Shown here: one piece after another, positions 10,052 to 19,563 of the stretch
Layout of the letters: each line of letters begins with the position of its first letter
Position numbering within the stretch: the stretch's first letter is position 1
Origin: an uncultured Veillonellaceae bacterium
GTDB lineage: Bacteria; Bacillota; Negativicutes; JARBTT01
Length of the DNA stretch: 64,000 bases
Reading direction: 5' to 3'
Assembly: GCA_963805085.1 (NCBI GenBank)
Contig: CAWDTA010000002.1
Coordinates: forward strand, 1 to 64,000
Notes under the pieces: generated by a model
Told to the model about the DNA's origin: nothing
Databases searched by the model: none
What the model saw: only the letters and a program-made list of their open reading frames with translations
Made by a program: the position numbers and the translations under genes

Positions 10052-10268
10052 GCGCTGCTAAAGGTGATATTACACGTTTCCATTTTTGAATTAAACTTTT
10101 TGGAACTTTAGAATCCTTACTTAATAGAACTTAATTATTTTATTTTTTAACACCAATTTACTATAATTATATAATAATAATTATATAATAATGTGAGAAG
10201 ATGAACTCTGTCAGTCTCACAGAGTTGATTTTTAAAGAGAGTAAAATAGTAGAAAAAGGAGCAACCCT

Positions 10269-11783
10269 GTGAAAAAATATGACGTAATAATAATTGGCTC
10301 CGGCTCTGGCAATATTGTCTTAGATGCCGCACTCAAACAAGGGCTGAAATGCGCTCAAATAGAAAAAGGTCGATTTGGAGGAACCTGTTTAACGCGTGGC
10401 TGTATCCCTACAAAAGTAATGATCACAGCTGCCGATTATCTAAGAGAAATGAAAAAATTCCCAAAAATCGGAATAAATACTGGATCTGCGAGTATAAATT
10501 GGGAAACTGTTTCACAACGTGTATGGGAAAAAATAAACGAAAGTAAAGACGTTTTATCTTATTATCAGGCGGCAAAAAACTTGGATATCTATCAAGGTAC
10601 CGGTTATTTTACCAGAGAAAACGTGATTCAAATCGCACTAAATAACGGAACGGTATCGGAAGAAATTTCAGCTGATAAGATTTTTATTGCGGCAGGTGCA
10701 CATACAAATATACCGAAAATTGACGGATTGGAATCGGTCGGCTATATAACCTCAGAATCTTTATTTGGCGAAAAATATCCTAAAACTCCATATAAAAGTC
10801 TAGTAATCTTAGGCGGCGGTCCAATTGGTACTGAATTTGCCCATATATTTTCGGCGGCGGGCACCCACGTAACATTAGTGCAGCGCAATACTCGTCTACT
10901 AGTTAAGGAAGACGACGAAATTTCAACTCAAATTCTAAAAAGCCTCCGTAACCTTGGCACTACCGTATTGCTAAATCACACTCTTTCTGCTGTAAGGGTT
11001 GAAAATGGAGAAAAGGTTCTAACTTTTATTGAAAACACTACCAGAGAACTCACCGAAATTCATACCGAAGAAATTATGCTGGCCGCTGGAATACAACCTA
11101 ACTCGGACATCTTGCGTCTTGAAAACACTACAATAGAGACAGACGAGCGTGGCTGGATACGTACAAATGAATTTCTCGAAACCACTGCCCCAAATATTTG
11201 GGCCTTTGGTGATGTGAACGGCAAAGCTCCTTTTCGCCATAAAGCAAACTATGAGGCCGAAATTTTAGCCCACAACTTATTCAATAATCACAAACCAGAA
11301 AATTGGCGCTGGGCGCGTTACGATATTATACCTGTAGTGACCTTTACTTATCCGCAAATTGCTCATATAGGTTTAACAGAATCACAAGCTATTCAGGAAG
11401 GATATGCATTGCGCACGGCGAAGCATCACTATTCATCAACTGCTAAAGGCTTTGCCATGGGATTTGACCCAGGGGATGAAGATGATGGCTTTGTAAAAAT
11501 TGTGGTTGATAAAAAAACAAATGCAATCTTGGGAATTCATATCATCGGTCCCCATGCCTCCATCTTACTTCAACCATTTATAAATCTCATGAACGCTGGT
11601 AAAACAGAACTTACTCCAGTTAATAAGAATATTGCCTCCAACATAGTTAGAAAATTACGTGCAGCCAAGCTCACTCGCAATTTAAACCCGCACTCTATAA
11701 TTAGTATCAGTGAAACAATGACACCTCACCCTTCTTTATCTGAAGTTGTGATGTGGATTCAATATTACTTAAACAGAGAATAA
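10269..11783 (+). CDS. Class I pyridine nucleotide-disulfide oxidoreductase (dihydrolipoamide dehydrogenase-like)
   Basis: IGSGSG, GGTCLTRGCIPTK, GGGPIG, GDVNG, HPSLSE. Confidence 0.9.
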   Translation: MKKYDVIIIGSGSGNIVLDAALKQGLKCAQIEKGRFGGTCLTRGCIPTKVMITAADYLREMKKFPKIGINTGSASINWETVSQRVWEKINESKDVLSYYQAAKNLDIYQGTGYFTRENVIQIALNNGTVSEEISADKIFIAAGAHTNIPKIDGLESVGYITSESLFGEKYPKTPYKSLVILGGGPIGTEFAHIFSAAGTHVTLVQRNTRLLVKEDDEISTQILKSLRNLGTTVLLNHTLSAVRVENGEKVLTFIENTTRELTEIHTEEIMLAAGIQPNSDILRLENTTIETDERGWIRTNEFLETTAPNIWAFGDVNGKAPFRHKANYEAEILAHNLFNNHKPENWRWARYDIIPVVTFTYPQIAHIGLTESQAIQEGYALRTAKHHYSSTAKGFAMGFDPGDEDDGFVKIVVDKKTNAILGIHIIGPHASILLQPFINLMNAGKTELTPVNKNIASNIVRKLRAAKLTRNLNPHSIISISETMTPHPSLSEVVMWIQYYLNRE

Positions 11784-11849
11784 CTCTATAGACTATTTTT
11801 CTTCTGTTGTCAATTATATTTATTAACAGGAAAATTTAATATTCAAAAA

Positions 11850-12060
11850 ATAATTCATTGAATAAATGCACGTTTAAACTGATCAGAATAAGTAATAACT
11901 TTTTCTGAAACCTTTAAGACGTTGGGATTATTCCATAATATTTCTATATTTTCTTTTGTAAAAATAATTTTACTCATATGTATCCCTCCAAACATCTTGT
12001 CTTATATAAAAAAGTACCTATAGATTGAACACTTTTTTCTTGTGTCCTATCGATAGGTAT
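11850..12060 (-). mobile_element. IS3-family left-end remnant (orfA N-terminus, frameshifted)
   Basis: GGAGG RBS then MSKIIFTKENIEI / NPNVLKVSEKVITYSDQFKRAFIQ; IR-like TACCTATCGATAGGACAC..GTGTTCAATCTATAGGTAC upstream. Confidence 0.65.
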
Positions 12061-12276
12061 AAATTTAATATAAAAATCCCCATTTATTTTTTAGTTTGTG
12101 TAAATCTATTTCAATATCAACAGCTTCTAAAGCCTTATTTACCAATCTCTTAATTTTTTTCCAAGCAACAACACCAAAATTCAAAAAAAGTTGATCATTG
12201 TTTGAACCCACTTATAGCAATTTTCATAGCCTGCAAGTTCATTCATAAAAATTTGAGTGTACTTGCATTTAATGGT

Positions 12277-13278
12277 TTATTCACCGCAGAGATCTCCAAT
12301 CATTTCCAAAATGACATACCGATTGATCGGACAGCCTTTGTAGGAACCAGTCACTGCACATAGGCTTTGGCATCCCTGCGTCATTCCTCCATTTTGAGCA
12401 AATTCCGGTTCATCCAATAAAGCTGTCAATGTGATATCAAGATTCTCCGCAGGGATGGAAATATGAATGCTGGCAGGATATTGATTGCCAGTACGGCTGC
12501 TTGTCCAAATACGATCATACGTTATATCCGCAGCAACATTTATTTGGGTTCCATTTTTATTCAAGATGGTTGCAAAAGCATTTTTCTTTCCACCTGAATA
12601 CGCATCCCATAGTGAAATGGCTCCGCTCGCATCATCGTTAAGGGTCATACCGAGCCACATCCATGCTGGCTTAAGACTCTTATCTGATGATTTAGCAAGA
12701 AGGCCTTCCGCCGAACCAAACCCCCATTGCCGATCAAACCATGCGGTTGCATGATTAATCTTATATTCTTTTCCTCTAATCGTAACTGTCCCGTCAACAT
12801 CCATATTGGGGAAAGAAAATTGATAAGAGTCGGTATTTAACAAATTAAGAAGACCCGTTGTTCCGTTATAAAGTACATTGTTTTCTCTTGGCGTTAAAAC
12901 TACATCAACACTTCCATTCTCTACTTCAAGTTTTAATGTCATTTTTTTATAATCACCGCGAAGACTTCCAAACTCTGAATAGACATTTAATTCTTTATCT
13001 GATGCGCCGTGAATTTCAGAAGTCAGTCCTGTTTTTGCATTGTCTATCCAAACCTTTTTAGTACCTTCCATTAATAGAAACTCTGTATTATTGACTTGAA
13101 TTGTACCAGACCCCATAAACATTTGATGCCACTCAAAACCCACCTGTTTACCATCTGATTCAAAGTTGCAGATGACATACCAGGAATCTGCAGTGGCTTT
13201 AGGCTTTGCAGGTAAATCTTCCTTGTAATTTACAAATAAAGGGATACCGCTATTTACCATTAAATTTTTTTTTGACAT
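12277..13278 (-). CDS. CrtC/AttH-like lipocalin-fold protein (hydratase/cyclase-like)
   Basis: DSWY near the N-terminus, SYQFSFP, AWFDRQWG, WMWLGM, WTSSRTGNQYP. Confidence 0.75.
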   Translation of the reverse strand: MSKKNLMVNSGIPLFVNYKEDLPAKPKATADSWYVICNFESDGKQVGFEWHQMFMGSGTIQVNNTEFLLMEGTKKVWIDNAKTGLTSEIHGASDKELNVYSEFGSLRGDYKKMTLKLEVENGSVDVVLTPRENNVLYNGTTGLLNLLNTDSYQFSFPNMDVDGTVTIRGKEYKINHATAWFDRQWGFGSAEGLLAKSSDKSLKPAWMWLGMTLNDDASGAISLWDAYSGGKKNAFATILNKNGTQINVAADITYDRIWTSSRTGNQYPASIHISIPAENLDITLTALLDEPEFAQNGGMTQGCQSLCAVTGSYKGCPINRYVILEMIGDLCGE

Positions 13279-13302
13279 AAAAAACACTCCTTTTTTTACT
13301 TC

Positions 13303-13376
13303 TTTAATTTTTAGATAATATTTCTTTATAAGTATATATAGAGAAATAAATTAACTCATAATTATTATAAACAAAC
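13303..13376 (-). promoter_or_regulatory. Upstream region paralogous to 14403-14478
   Basis: Shared TTTTTAGATA.TATTTC..TAAGTATAT...AGAAATAAAT.A.CTCA.A.T.ATTATAAA.AAAC. Confidence 0.6.
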
Positions 13377-13488
13377 CCCATGGCCTTCTAAAATCAAAGG
13401 TTTGCTCAGCTTCCAAACGATACAATTATCTGAAAGATTTTCTATTTCACCTTTTGGGGTGGATCGGCAGAAATATCCTATATATTTA

Positions 13489-14361
13489 CTAATCTAATTC
13501 TGTAGAATGCACGATATTAAGTATGGAGATCATTGCTGTGAATACCATTGTGAAGAAAGAGACCATTGCCATAGATGAATATATTTCTACATTTTCAGCA
13601 TGTGTAAATCCCTCTAATACTACACCAAGTCCTAAAGTTAAATACAATAGAACAGGCTGAAGCCAATAACTTTTCTTGGAAGTAATGTTATCTGGGCTTA
13701 TATCTATATTTTTATTTGACATAAACAGTGTGAATATCTGCATAAAAATGTATATAACAAAAGCCCAACCAAAAAAGTTTGAAATTGGAACACCATAATA
13801 AGCACCACCATTCTCCCAAATCCAAGTCCCTCCAATGGTGGAAGCCTGAGGATCAGTTGCTAGGTCCCACATTGTCATTACAAGTGCAGTAATAAATGGA
13901 ATAATGAATTTATACAACCCTACAAATTTTTTACTAAAGTGAGTTGTCACAACTTGTGCTACACACCATGACATATATGCAAGTCCGAAGTAGGCTACCA
14001 TAATTAGTAATGGTACCTCTAGAAACCTAGGTCCTGCTGCTGTGTAATGATAATTTCCAAAAGGAAAACCCATTTTTATACTTAATCCTTCAAAGCCATT
14101 ACTCACGATCCATGTTATCACAAACCAGCTAAGCATATTTTTTATACCATAGCGCTGTGAGCCGTGAAAAAATGTGAATATAAATAATAGAATAAATATA
14201 ATCGATGTCAATACCGTCAGTTCGCTGTTAATATTTAATCTCATGAGAAATGTACAAACAGCTATAATCAATACACAAGCCCATTTAAAATAATCTAAAA
14301 ATTTATTTTTACTTATATTTACTATAGCATTTGTATTGGTACTAGTTTTTAAATCAAACAT
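13489..14361 (-). CDS. CruF/DUF422 family membrane protein (hydratase-like)
   Basis: GFPFGNYHY, EVPLLI, WDLATDP, W.W..GG.YYGVPISNFFGW. Confidence 0.85.
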   Translation of the reverse strand: MFDLKTSTNTNAIVNISKNKFLDYFKWACVLIIAVCTFLMRLNINSELTVLTSIIFILLFIFTFFHGSQRYGIKNMLSWFVITWIVSNGFEGLSIKMGFPFGNYHYTAAGPRFLEVPLLIMVAYFGLAYMSWCVAQVVTTHFSKKFVGLYKFIIPFITALVMTMWDLATDPQASTIGGTWIWENGGAYYGVPISNFFGWAFVIYIFMQIFTLFMSNKNIDISPDNITSKKSYWLQPVLLYLTLGLGVVLEGFTHAENVEIYSSMAMVSFFTMVFTAMISILNIVHSTELD

Positions 14362-14402
14362 AGTAAGCCTCTCCTCTTCATAAAAAAATAAATGTACTTG
14401 CA

Positions 14403-14478
14403 TTTATTTTTTTAGATACTATTTCATCGTAAGTATATGCCTAGAAATAAATCACCTCACAGTGATTATAAATAAACA
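14403..14478 (-). promoter_or_regulatory. Upstream region of the CruF-like gene, candidate TetR operator
   Basis: Paralog of 13303-13376; contains dyad AATCAC-N6-GTGATT. Confidence 0.55.
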
Positions 14479-14623
14479 CTGTGTTGATATTTAACTTTAT
14501 ATTTATTATAATATTGGTAATCAAAAAATGCACTAATCAATAATCTGATTTGTGTTTTATATTAAACAGAGTAGCCCCAAAATGTTCATTATTATATTTT
14601 TAATTGAGAGGATATATATTCAT

Positions 14624-15205
14624 ATGGATAAACAAATTACAGACAGAAGAATTAGAAAAACTAAAAAATTGTTGAGAGATACTCTTATTGAATTAATGAA
14701 TGAAAAGTCTGTAGAGAACATTACCATCAAAGATTTAGCAGAAAGAGCCGATCTGAATCGCGGTACTTTTTATTTACACTATCGTGATATATTTGACTTA
14801 CTGGAGCAAAGCGAATTTGAAATGCTTCAGGAAATGAGTGAACTTTTAAGTAAAATTGACCCTTCAGCATTTTTTGAATACAATTCAAAAAATAAATCAT
14901 ATCCTCCTTTAGTTGAACTATTTGAATGGTTTAAAAACAATTTAAATTTTGGTAAAGCATTAATGGGACCCAATGGGGGTATTTCATTTTTAGAAAAAAT
15001 AAAAACCGTGGTTGAAAATGAACTTTACAAAAGAAAGTATAAACTTGACGAAAAAAATACTAATCCAGCCTTTAGTGAGTATTTGTATCCCTATATAATA
15101 TTTGGGTTTTTAGGAATTATTAAACAATGGTTTGAAAATGATGCCTCCACTCCACCAAAGGAGATGGCACTGATTTTAACAAAAATTGCATTAAATAAAA
15201 TTTAA
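14624..15205 (+). CDS. TetR/AcrR-family regulator
   Basis: DRRIRKTKK, ITIKDLAERADLNRGTFYLHY. Confidence 0.95.
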   Translation: MDKQITDRRIRKTKKLLRDTLIELMNEKSVENITIKDLAERADLNRGTFYLHYRDIFDLLEQSEFEMLQEMSELLSKIDPSAFFEYNSKNKSYPPLVELFEWFKNNLNFGKALMGPNGGISFLEKIKTVVENELYKRKYKLDEKNTNPAFSEYLYPYIIFGFLGIIKQWFENDASTPPKEMALILTKIALNKI

Positions 15206-15333
15206 TAGAACGAATTTTAATCCCCTAAAATATGCTTGGCTAACTGTCTGGATTGCAGACTTCTTCTCCGCGCTTAATTAAATTCGTTCATACTCAATAT
15301 CTTACATTTTTATCTATTGGAAACAAAAAAAAT

Positions 15334-15380
15334 AGAACTCCTACTAAATTCTATAAGTTTTAGCAGGAGTTCCATTTTTT
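15334..15380. terminator. Terminator of the stranded rlmH 3' copy
   Basis: GAACTCCTACTAAA / TTTAGCAGGAGTTC flanked by A and T runs; one arm is also present at 21493-21505. Confidence 0.7.
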
Positions 15381-15499
15381 TCACCATCACCAGTGATACT
15401 TTTCCCATTATGAATCTTAAACGCTCTATACACCTGTCCCACCAATAACAACTTCACCTCTGTTTGGTAAAGGCCATCTTGGAAAAAGATAGTTTTTCT
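15364..15499 (-). pseudogene. rlmH: Degenerate copy of the rlmH 3' end and downstream bases (matches 21493-21630)
   Basis: CAGGAGTTCCATT..ATCACCAGTGATACTT..AATCTTAAA.GCTCTATACAC..ACCAA.AACAAC..GTAAAGG.CAT..AAAGATAG.TTTTCT. Confidence 0.9.
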
Positions 15500-15853
15500 C
15501 CCAGGATGATTTTCGATCTTCTACTACACAGGGACAATGAAGTTCTTGCAGCACATCTTCCACATAGGAAACTTGACGCATACCAACTAAAACTGCTGTG
15601 ACACCCTTCGTAGATCTCAGCGTCCGTAAGGCTAGATGCGAGAGTCTGTACGATTCCATGCTGGATCTACAGCTGCAACTTGCTTGCAAATAATAGCTGC
15701 CTCTTTAGCTGTTTGCGCTTTATAGACATTCTCAGCCAGTCGGATAATCCCATTGCCTTGAATCGCATTAAGAGGACGATTAATCAGCACGGCTAGCCCT
15801 GTCTTTACTGCAAATTCCAATAGACTTTGTCCGCGTGCCAACACCCGTAGCAA
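15500..15853 (-). pseudogene. Aldo/keto reductase C-terminal fragment
   Basis: VLINRPLNAI, then after a frameshift LSHLALRTLRSTKGVTAVLVGMRQVSYVED; no N-terminus. Confidence 0.65.
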
Positions 15854-15890
15854 AACCTTGCAGCATATTTTTTCTCCTTTGTCTATATAC

Positions 15891-15934
15891 GATAAAAGTC
15901 GCCTCTAACCTTATCAGTAGTGGCGACTTTTATC
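15891..15934. terminator. Hairpin downstream of the RHH gene
   Basis: GATAAAAGTCGCC...GGCGACTTTTATC. Confidence 0.65.
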
Positions 15935-15966
15935 CTTAACTCTTTGCATAGATCTTGCTCTATCAT

Positions 15967-16122
15967 TTATTTTGCTTTTTCAATTTTATCGAGATAATCC
16001 TCTAATGCTTTATTAATAATTTTTGTAATTGAAATTTCTGAGGTAGTGCTATATGCTTTGAGACGCTCTGAAAGAGATTGTTCAATTCTGGTACTGTAGG
16101 AAACCATAACTTTACCTGCCAT
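15967..16122 (-). CDS. Small ribbon-helix-helix DNA-binding protein (51 aa, not in the ORF track)
   Basis: AGGAGTG RBS; MAGKVMVSYSTRIEQSLSERLKAYSTTSEISITKIINKALEDYLDKIEKAK. Confidence 0.75.
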   Translation of the reverse strand: MAGKVMVSYSTRIEQSLSERLKAYSTTSEISITKIINKALEDYLDKIEKAK

Positions 16123-16248
16123 GTTAATTCACTCCTATGCCTTATTCTTGTTATATTACATCACAACTACATTTTTTTAGCAAGTTTTAGCCATATTGTT
16201 TTGTAAACAGCTATTTTAATTACACAATTTTTTTCTTAATTCAGTGAG

Positions 16249-16490
16249 CTATTCTATAATTTTTTTATGAATTGCTACAAGGAATTTCACGCCATTTGCG
16301 ATTACTGTTTCATCAACATCAAAGGCCGCGTTGTGATGACCACCAACCGTAGGCGTGCCATATAAGACGAACAAAGCCTTTCCACCTCGGCTTTGTACCC
16401 GCTTCATCATCACAGTGAAATCTTCGGATCCATTTAGTCCAGCTTCAGGTAAAACCTGCTTCACTGAAGGGAGAGACTGAGCCACGCTAG
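16249..16490 (-). pseudogene. M20 amidohydrolase (AbgA-like) C-terminal fragment
   Basis: GSEDFTVMMKRVQSRGGKA..GHHNAAFDVDE. Confidence 0.75.
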
Positions 16491-16517
16491 AACCTATCAT
16501 AACCAACTCTGGGGAAT

Positions 16518-17090
16518 TTATCCCCCCGCTACAATCATGGCAACATCTTTGATTACCGCTGTCGATGCAACACCTTTTAACCCACTTAAATATACAAAAG
16601 AAGCAACTAACACAAAGGCAATTAACATCGCTGGAATACGTGTAAGCTGCCCATATGAACAAGTTTCAATTATCAACCCTAACCCAGTTAACTGTAGCTG
16701 CAAATATGGTATCAAAAATGCTACGCTGATTACGGCTGTAAGTACTGCTAATGCTCTGCTTTTATATAGATGTTCAACTAAATCCGGCTGAGTCATTAGA
16801 CCATACTTTTTGCCAAGGGGAGATATTTTTGGCAATACGTAATAGCCAACCACATAGGCCAATGGCACCATAGCCTATCATATAAAACGTTGGAGCACCC
16901 CGGTTATAAGCCCAACCACTAGCACCGAGAAAGGCAAATGCAGTATAAATTTCACCGGCCAGTACAAACCAGCTTAGCCACCTACCGAAGTTACGTCCGC
17001 CAACGGCCCATTCTTCGAGGCTCATTTTTTTCTTCATACCGGGCCTTATACCGACAACTGTCGCAACAATAATAAATAAAGAGATGCCAT
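16518..17090 (-). pseudogene. Sodium:solute symporter N-terminal fragment, frameshifted
   Basis: EEWAVGGRNFG, GEIYTAFAFLGASGWAY, PYLQLQLTGLG split over two frames, then truncated. Confidence 0.8.
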
Positions 17091-17392
17091 TTACGGCACC
17101 TCATCTTTGAGATTAAAATTATGAGCTTTATTATAATACAACTTTTCCTGCATTGTAACAAAATCCCCTATATTGTGAAAAAATTTATCACAGTCACACT
17201 AAAGGACAAGGGGTTTAATTCACTATTGCTGAAAAAATCAAATTTCGCATATCGTCCCCGCTTCACTCGCCTATCAGCATTAGTCTACTATTTTATGGGC
17301 ATAATAGCAATTGACAACTATAGATTTTATAAGGGACAATCCCTTACAAAATCAAATACTAAACCAACCCATTAAAATAGAGGTGAAAAAGT

Positions 17393-17689
17393 ATGTATCA
17401 TAACAATCACATTGTATGCCCAGTTTGCAAGGCTAACCATTTGATATTAAAATATCAAGCTACCTATGAATATTCCTATAGGATAGATGAAAATGCCCCT
17501 GGAGTTAACAATACCAAAGAGCTTCTTCCCTATATGTATGATAGTCGCGAACAAAAAGAAGCCAATCAATATATAGAATGTAAGAGCTGTGGAACCAACT
17601 TTCCATGCTATTTTGATAAATGGTCGGATGGGGTTACCGCCAAAATGATACAAGAGGCTATTGACTCAGCATATATGGCACAACAGTAA
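17393..17689 (+). CDS. Hypothetical Zn-ribbon protein
   Basis: GAGGTG RBS; CPVC and CKSCG pairs. Confidence 0.7.
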   Translation: MYHNNHIVCPVCKANHLILKYQATYEYSYRIDENAPGVNNTKELLPYMYDSREQKEANQYIECKSCGTNFPCYFDKWSDGVTAKMIQEAIDSAYMAQQ

Positions 17690-17746
17690 CTCTACGACAT
17701 CAATGATATTTTGAAGTCTCCACCTGTATGTCAACCTCGAATAATA

Positions 17747-17847
17747 TATCCATCCGAAACGTCCTGTATCAGCGGGCGTTTTTGGTTTATATAATATATG
17801 CTTATTATATTCAAAATATAACTGAATCTACTACTCTTTATATTTTA
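17747..17847. repeat. ~100 bp non-coding repeat, copy 2
   Basis: Matches 585-688. Confidence 0.85.
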
Positions 17848-17986
17848 CTAAATAAACAAAAAGTAGATAAATGTCGATTACTTGCCCTATTAAAGAAGCA
17901 TCTGACTCTTCATAGCAACATTTATTTACGTTTAGCCATATATCTTCACATAGATTCTCGTTTAGCTAGCGGGTATTTTCATAGCC

Positions 17987-19561
17987 TTAAGAATTCACAT
18001 TTTCAACAGAAGCTTTTTCCTTATGCGAAATATTTTTTGACATAAACAAAGAAATAATCGCTAGACCTAAAAAAATAAATCCTAATATTTCAAATACATC
18101 AATATACGCAAGAATACTTGCCTGCAACTGAATTAGTTGATACATTTTAGCCAAACTTCCTTGTAGTATTTCTTTTTGGTTCATAAAAGATACGAAATGC
18201 AGATTATTAAATATATGATTATACATATCTAAACAATTATTATAGCCCCAATCTCCTCCGCTTAAGTGTGCCACCAGATAAGACTGCTCACTTTGTTGGC
18301 TGTGTACAAGTTGATTTGTAACTAAAGAAATTCCGATACTTCCACCAATATTCTTCATTAGAACTGTAATAGCCGACGCATTATTACTGTCTTTTGCAGA
18401 AATTTTTGAAAAAGCTAAGGTTGTTACTGGAACAAACAAAAAAGGAACTCCTATCGTTTGAAAAATACGCATTAAAATAAAGGTATTTTCATCTGTCTGT
18501 GGGTTTAACTGTGTGGCGTAGAACATACTGCTTGCACATAAAAGCATTCCAAATGCAATTAAGTATTTTGCCTGTATATGTTTTAATAACTTACCAACTA
18601 CAGGAAGAAGAAATAAAATAGCAATACCACCAGGTACTAGGATCATTCCTGATAAAGTTGCATTGTACCCATAATCATTTTGTACCAACATTGGCAAAAG
18701 CATGACCGTTACATTGACAAATGCACCAATAAAAAATGTCATAAGGCAAGATATTCCAAAACTTGGAATAGAAAAAAGTCTGAGATTGACAATTGGATGT
18801 TTTTGCTTTAAAAGCCAAAAAACAGATAAAACAATACAACTAAAGGATATAATAGAAAAGACGATAATGAAATTATTGGCAAACCAGTCATATTGTTGTC
18901 CATTATCTAAAACTAGCTGTAAAGTCCCCAGTCCAATAGCAATAAATCCGAGACCAATATAATCAATACTTCCAACTTTTTTCTTTTGTGAATCGACCGG
19001 ATCATAAACAAATTTTTCAACTAAAATGGCCGCTAAAACTCCTATAGGAATATTAATAAAAAAAATCCATCGCCAACTAAACTCATCCGTAATATACCCG
19101 CCTAAAGCAGGACCTAAAATAGGGGCAAAAACAGTAGCAATGCCAGTAATAGCAAATGCCATTCCTAGCTTTTCCGGTGGAAAACTATCTTTTATAATAG
19201 CTTGTTGACTAGGCTGCAAACCACCTCCTGCCAGGCCTTGCAATAGACGAAAAATGATTAATATCGGCAATGTTGTTGCTATCCCGCATAAAAATGAAGC
19301 TATCGTAAAGCCTAAAATACAAAATAAGAAAAAACTTTTACGCCCCATCAATTCAGAAAGCCATCCGGATAGGGGTAAAACGATGGCATTTGTTATCAGA
19401 TAGGAGGTGAGTATCCATGTACTTTCTTCCGTACTCGCCCCCAAACTACCAGCTATATGGGTAAGTGCTACATTTGCAATTGTTGTATCTAAAATTTCCA
19501 TAAAAGCGGCAAGGCTGACAGCTGTTGATATAAAAAGTGGATTTGCATGTTTTGCGTCCAT
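17987..19561 (-). CDS. emrB: DHA2-family MFS efflux permease (EmrB-like)
   Basis: FMEILDTTIANVAL, WILTSYL, RLLQGLAGG, WRWIFFINIPIG. Confidence 0.92.
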   Translation of the reverse strand: MDAKHANPLFISTAVSLAAFMEILDTTIANVALTHIAGSLGASTEESTWILTSYLITNAIVLPLSGWLSELMGRKSFFLFCILGFTIASFLCGIATTLPILIIFRLLQGLAGGGLQPSQQAIIKDSFPPEKLGMAFAITGIATVFAPILGPALGGYITDEFSWRWIFFINIPIGVLAAILVEKFVYDPVDSQKKKVGSIDYIGLGFIAIGLGTLQLVLDNGQQYDWFANNFIIVFSIISFSCIVLSVFWLLKQKHPIVNLRLFSIPSFGISCLMTFFIGAFVNVTVMLLPMLVQNDYGYNATLSGMILVPGGIAILFLLPVVGKLLKHIQAKYLIAFGMLLCASSMFYATQLNPQTDENTFILMRIFQTIGVPFLFVPVTTLAFSKISAKDSNNASAITVLMKNIGGSIGISLVTNQLVHSQQSEQSYLVAHLSGGDWGYNNCLDMYNHIFNNLHFVSFMNQKEILQGSLAKMYQLIQLQASILAYIDVFEILGFIFLGLAIISLFMSKNISHKEKASVENVNS

Positions 19562-19563
19562 GA

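Noticed and set aside
10167-10188. AT palindrome as a Per/Fur box
   Set aside because: Pure A/T in AT-rich DNA and spacing differs from the consensus.
15850-15940. Type I toxin peptide upstream of the hairpin
   Set aside because: No start codon or RBS for a hydrophobic ORF.
17728-18045. 105 aa ORF
   Set aside because: Spans the non-coding repeat and overlaps emrB antisense.
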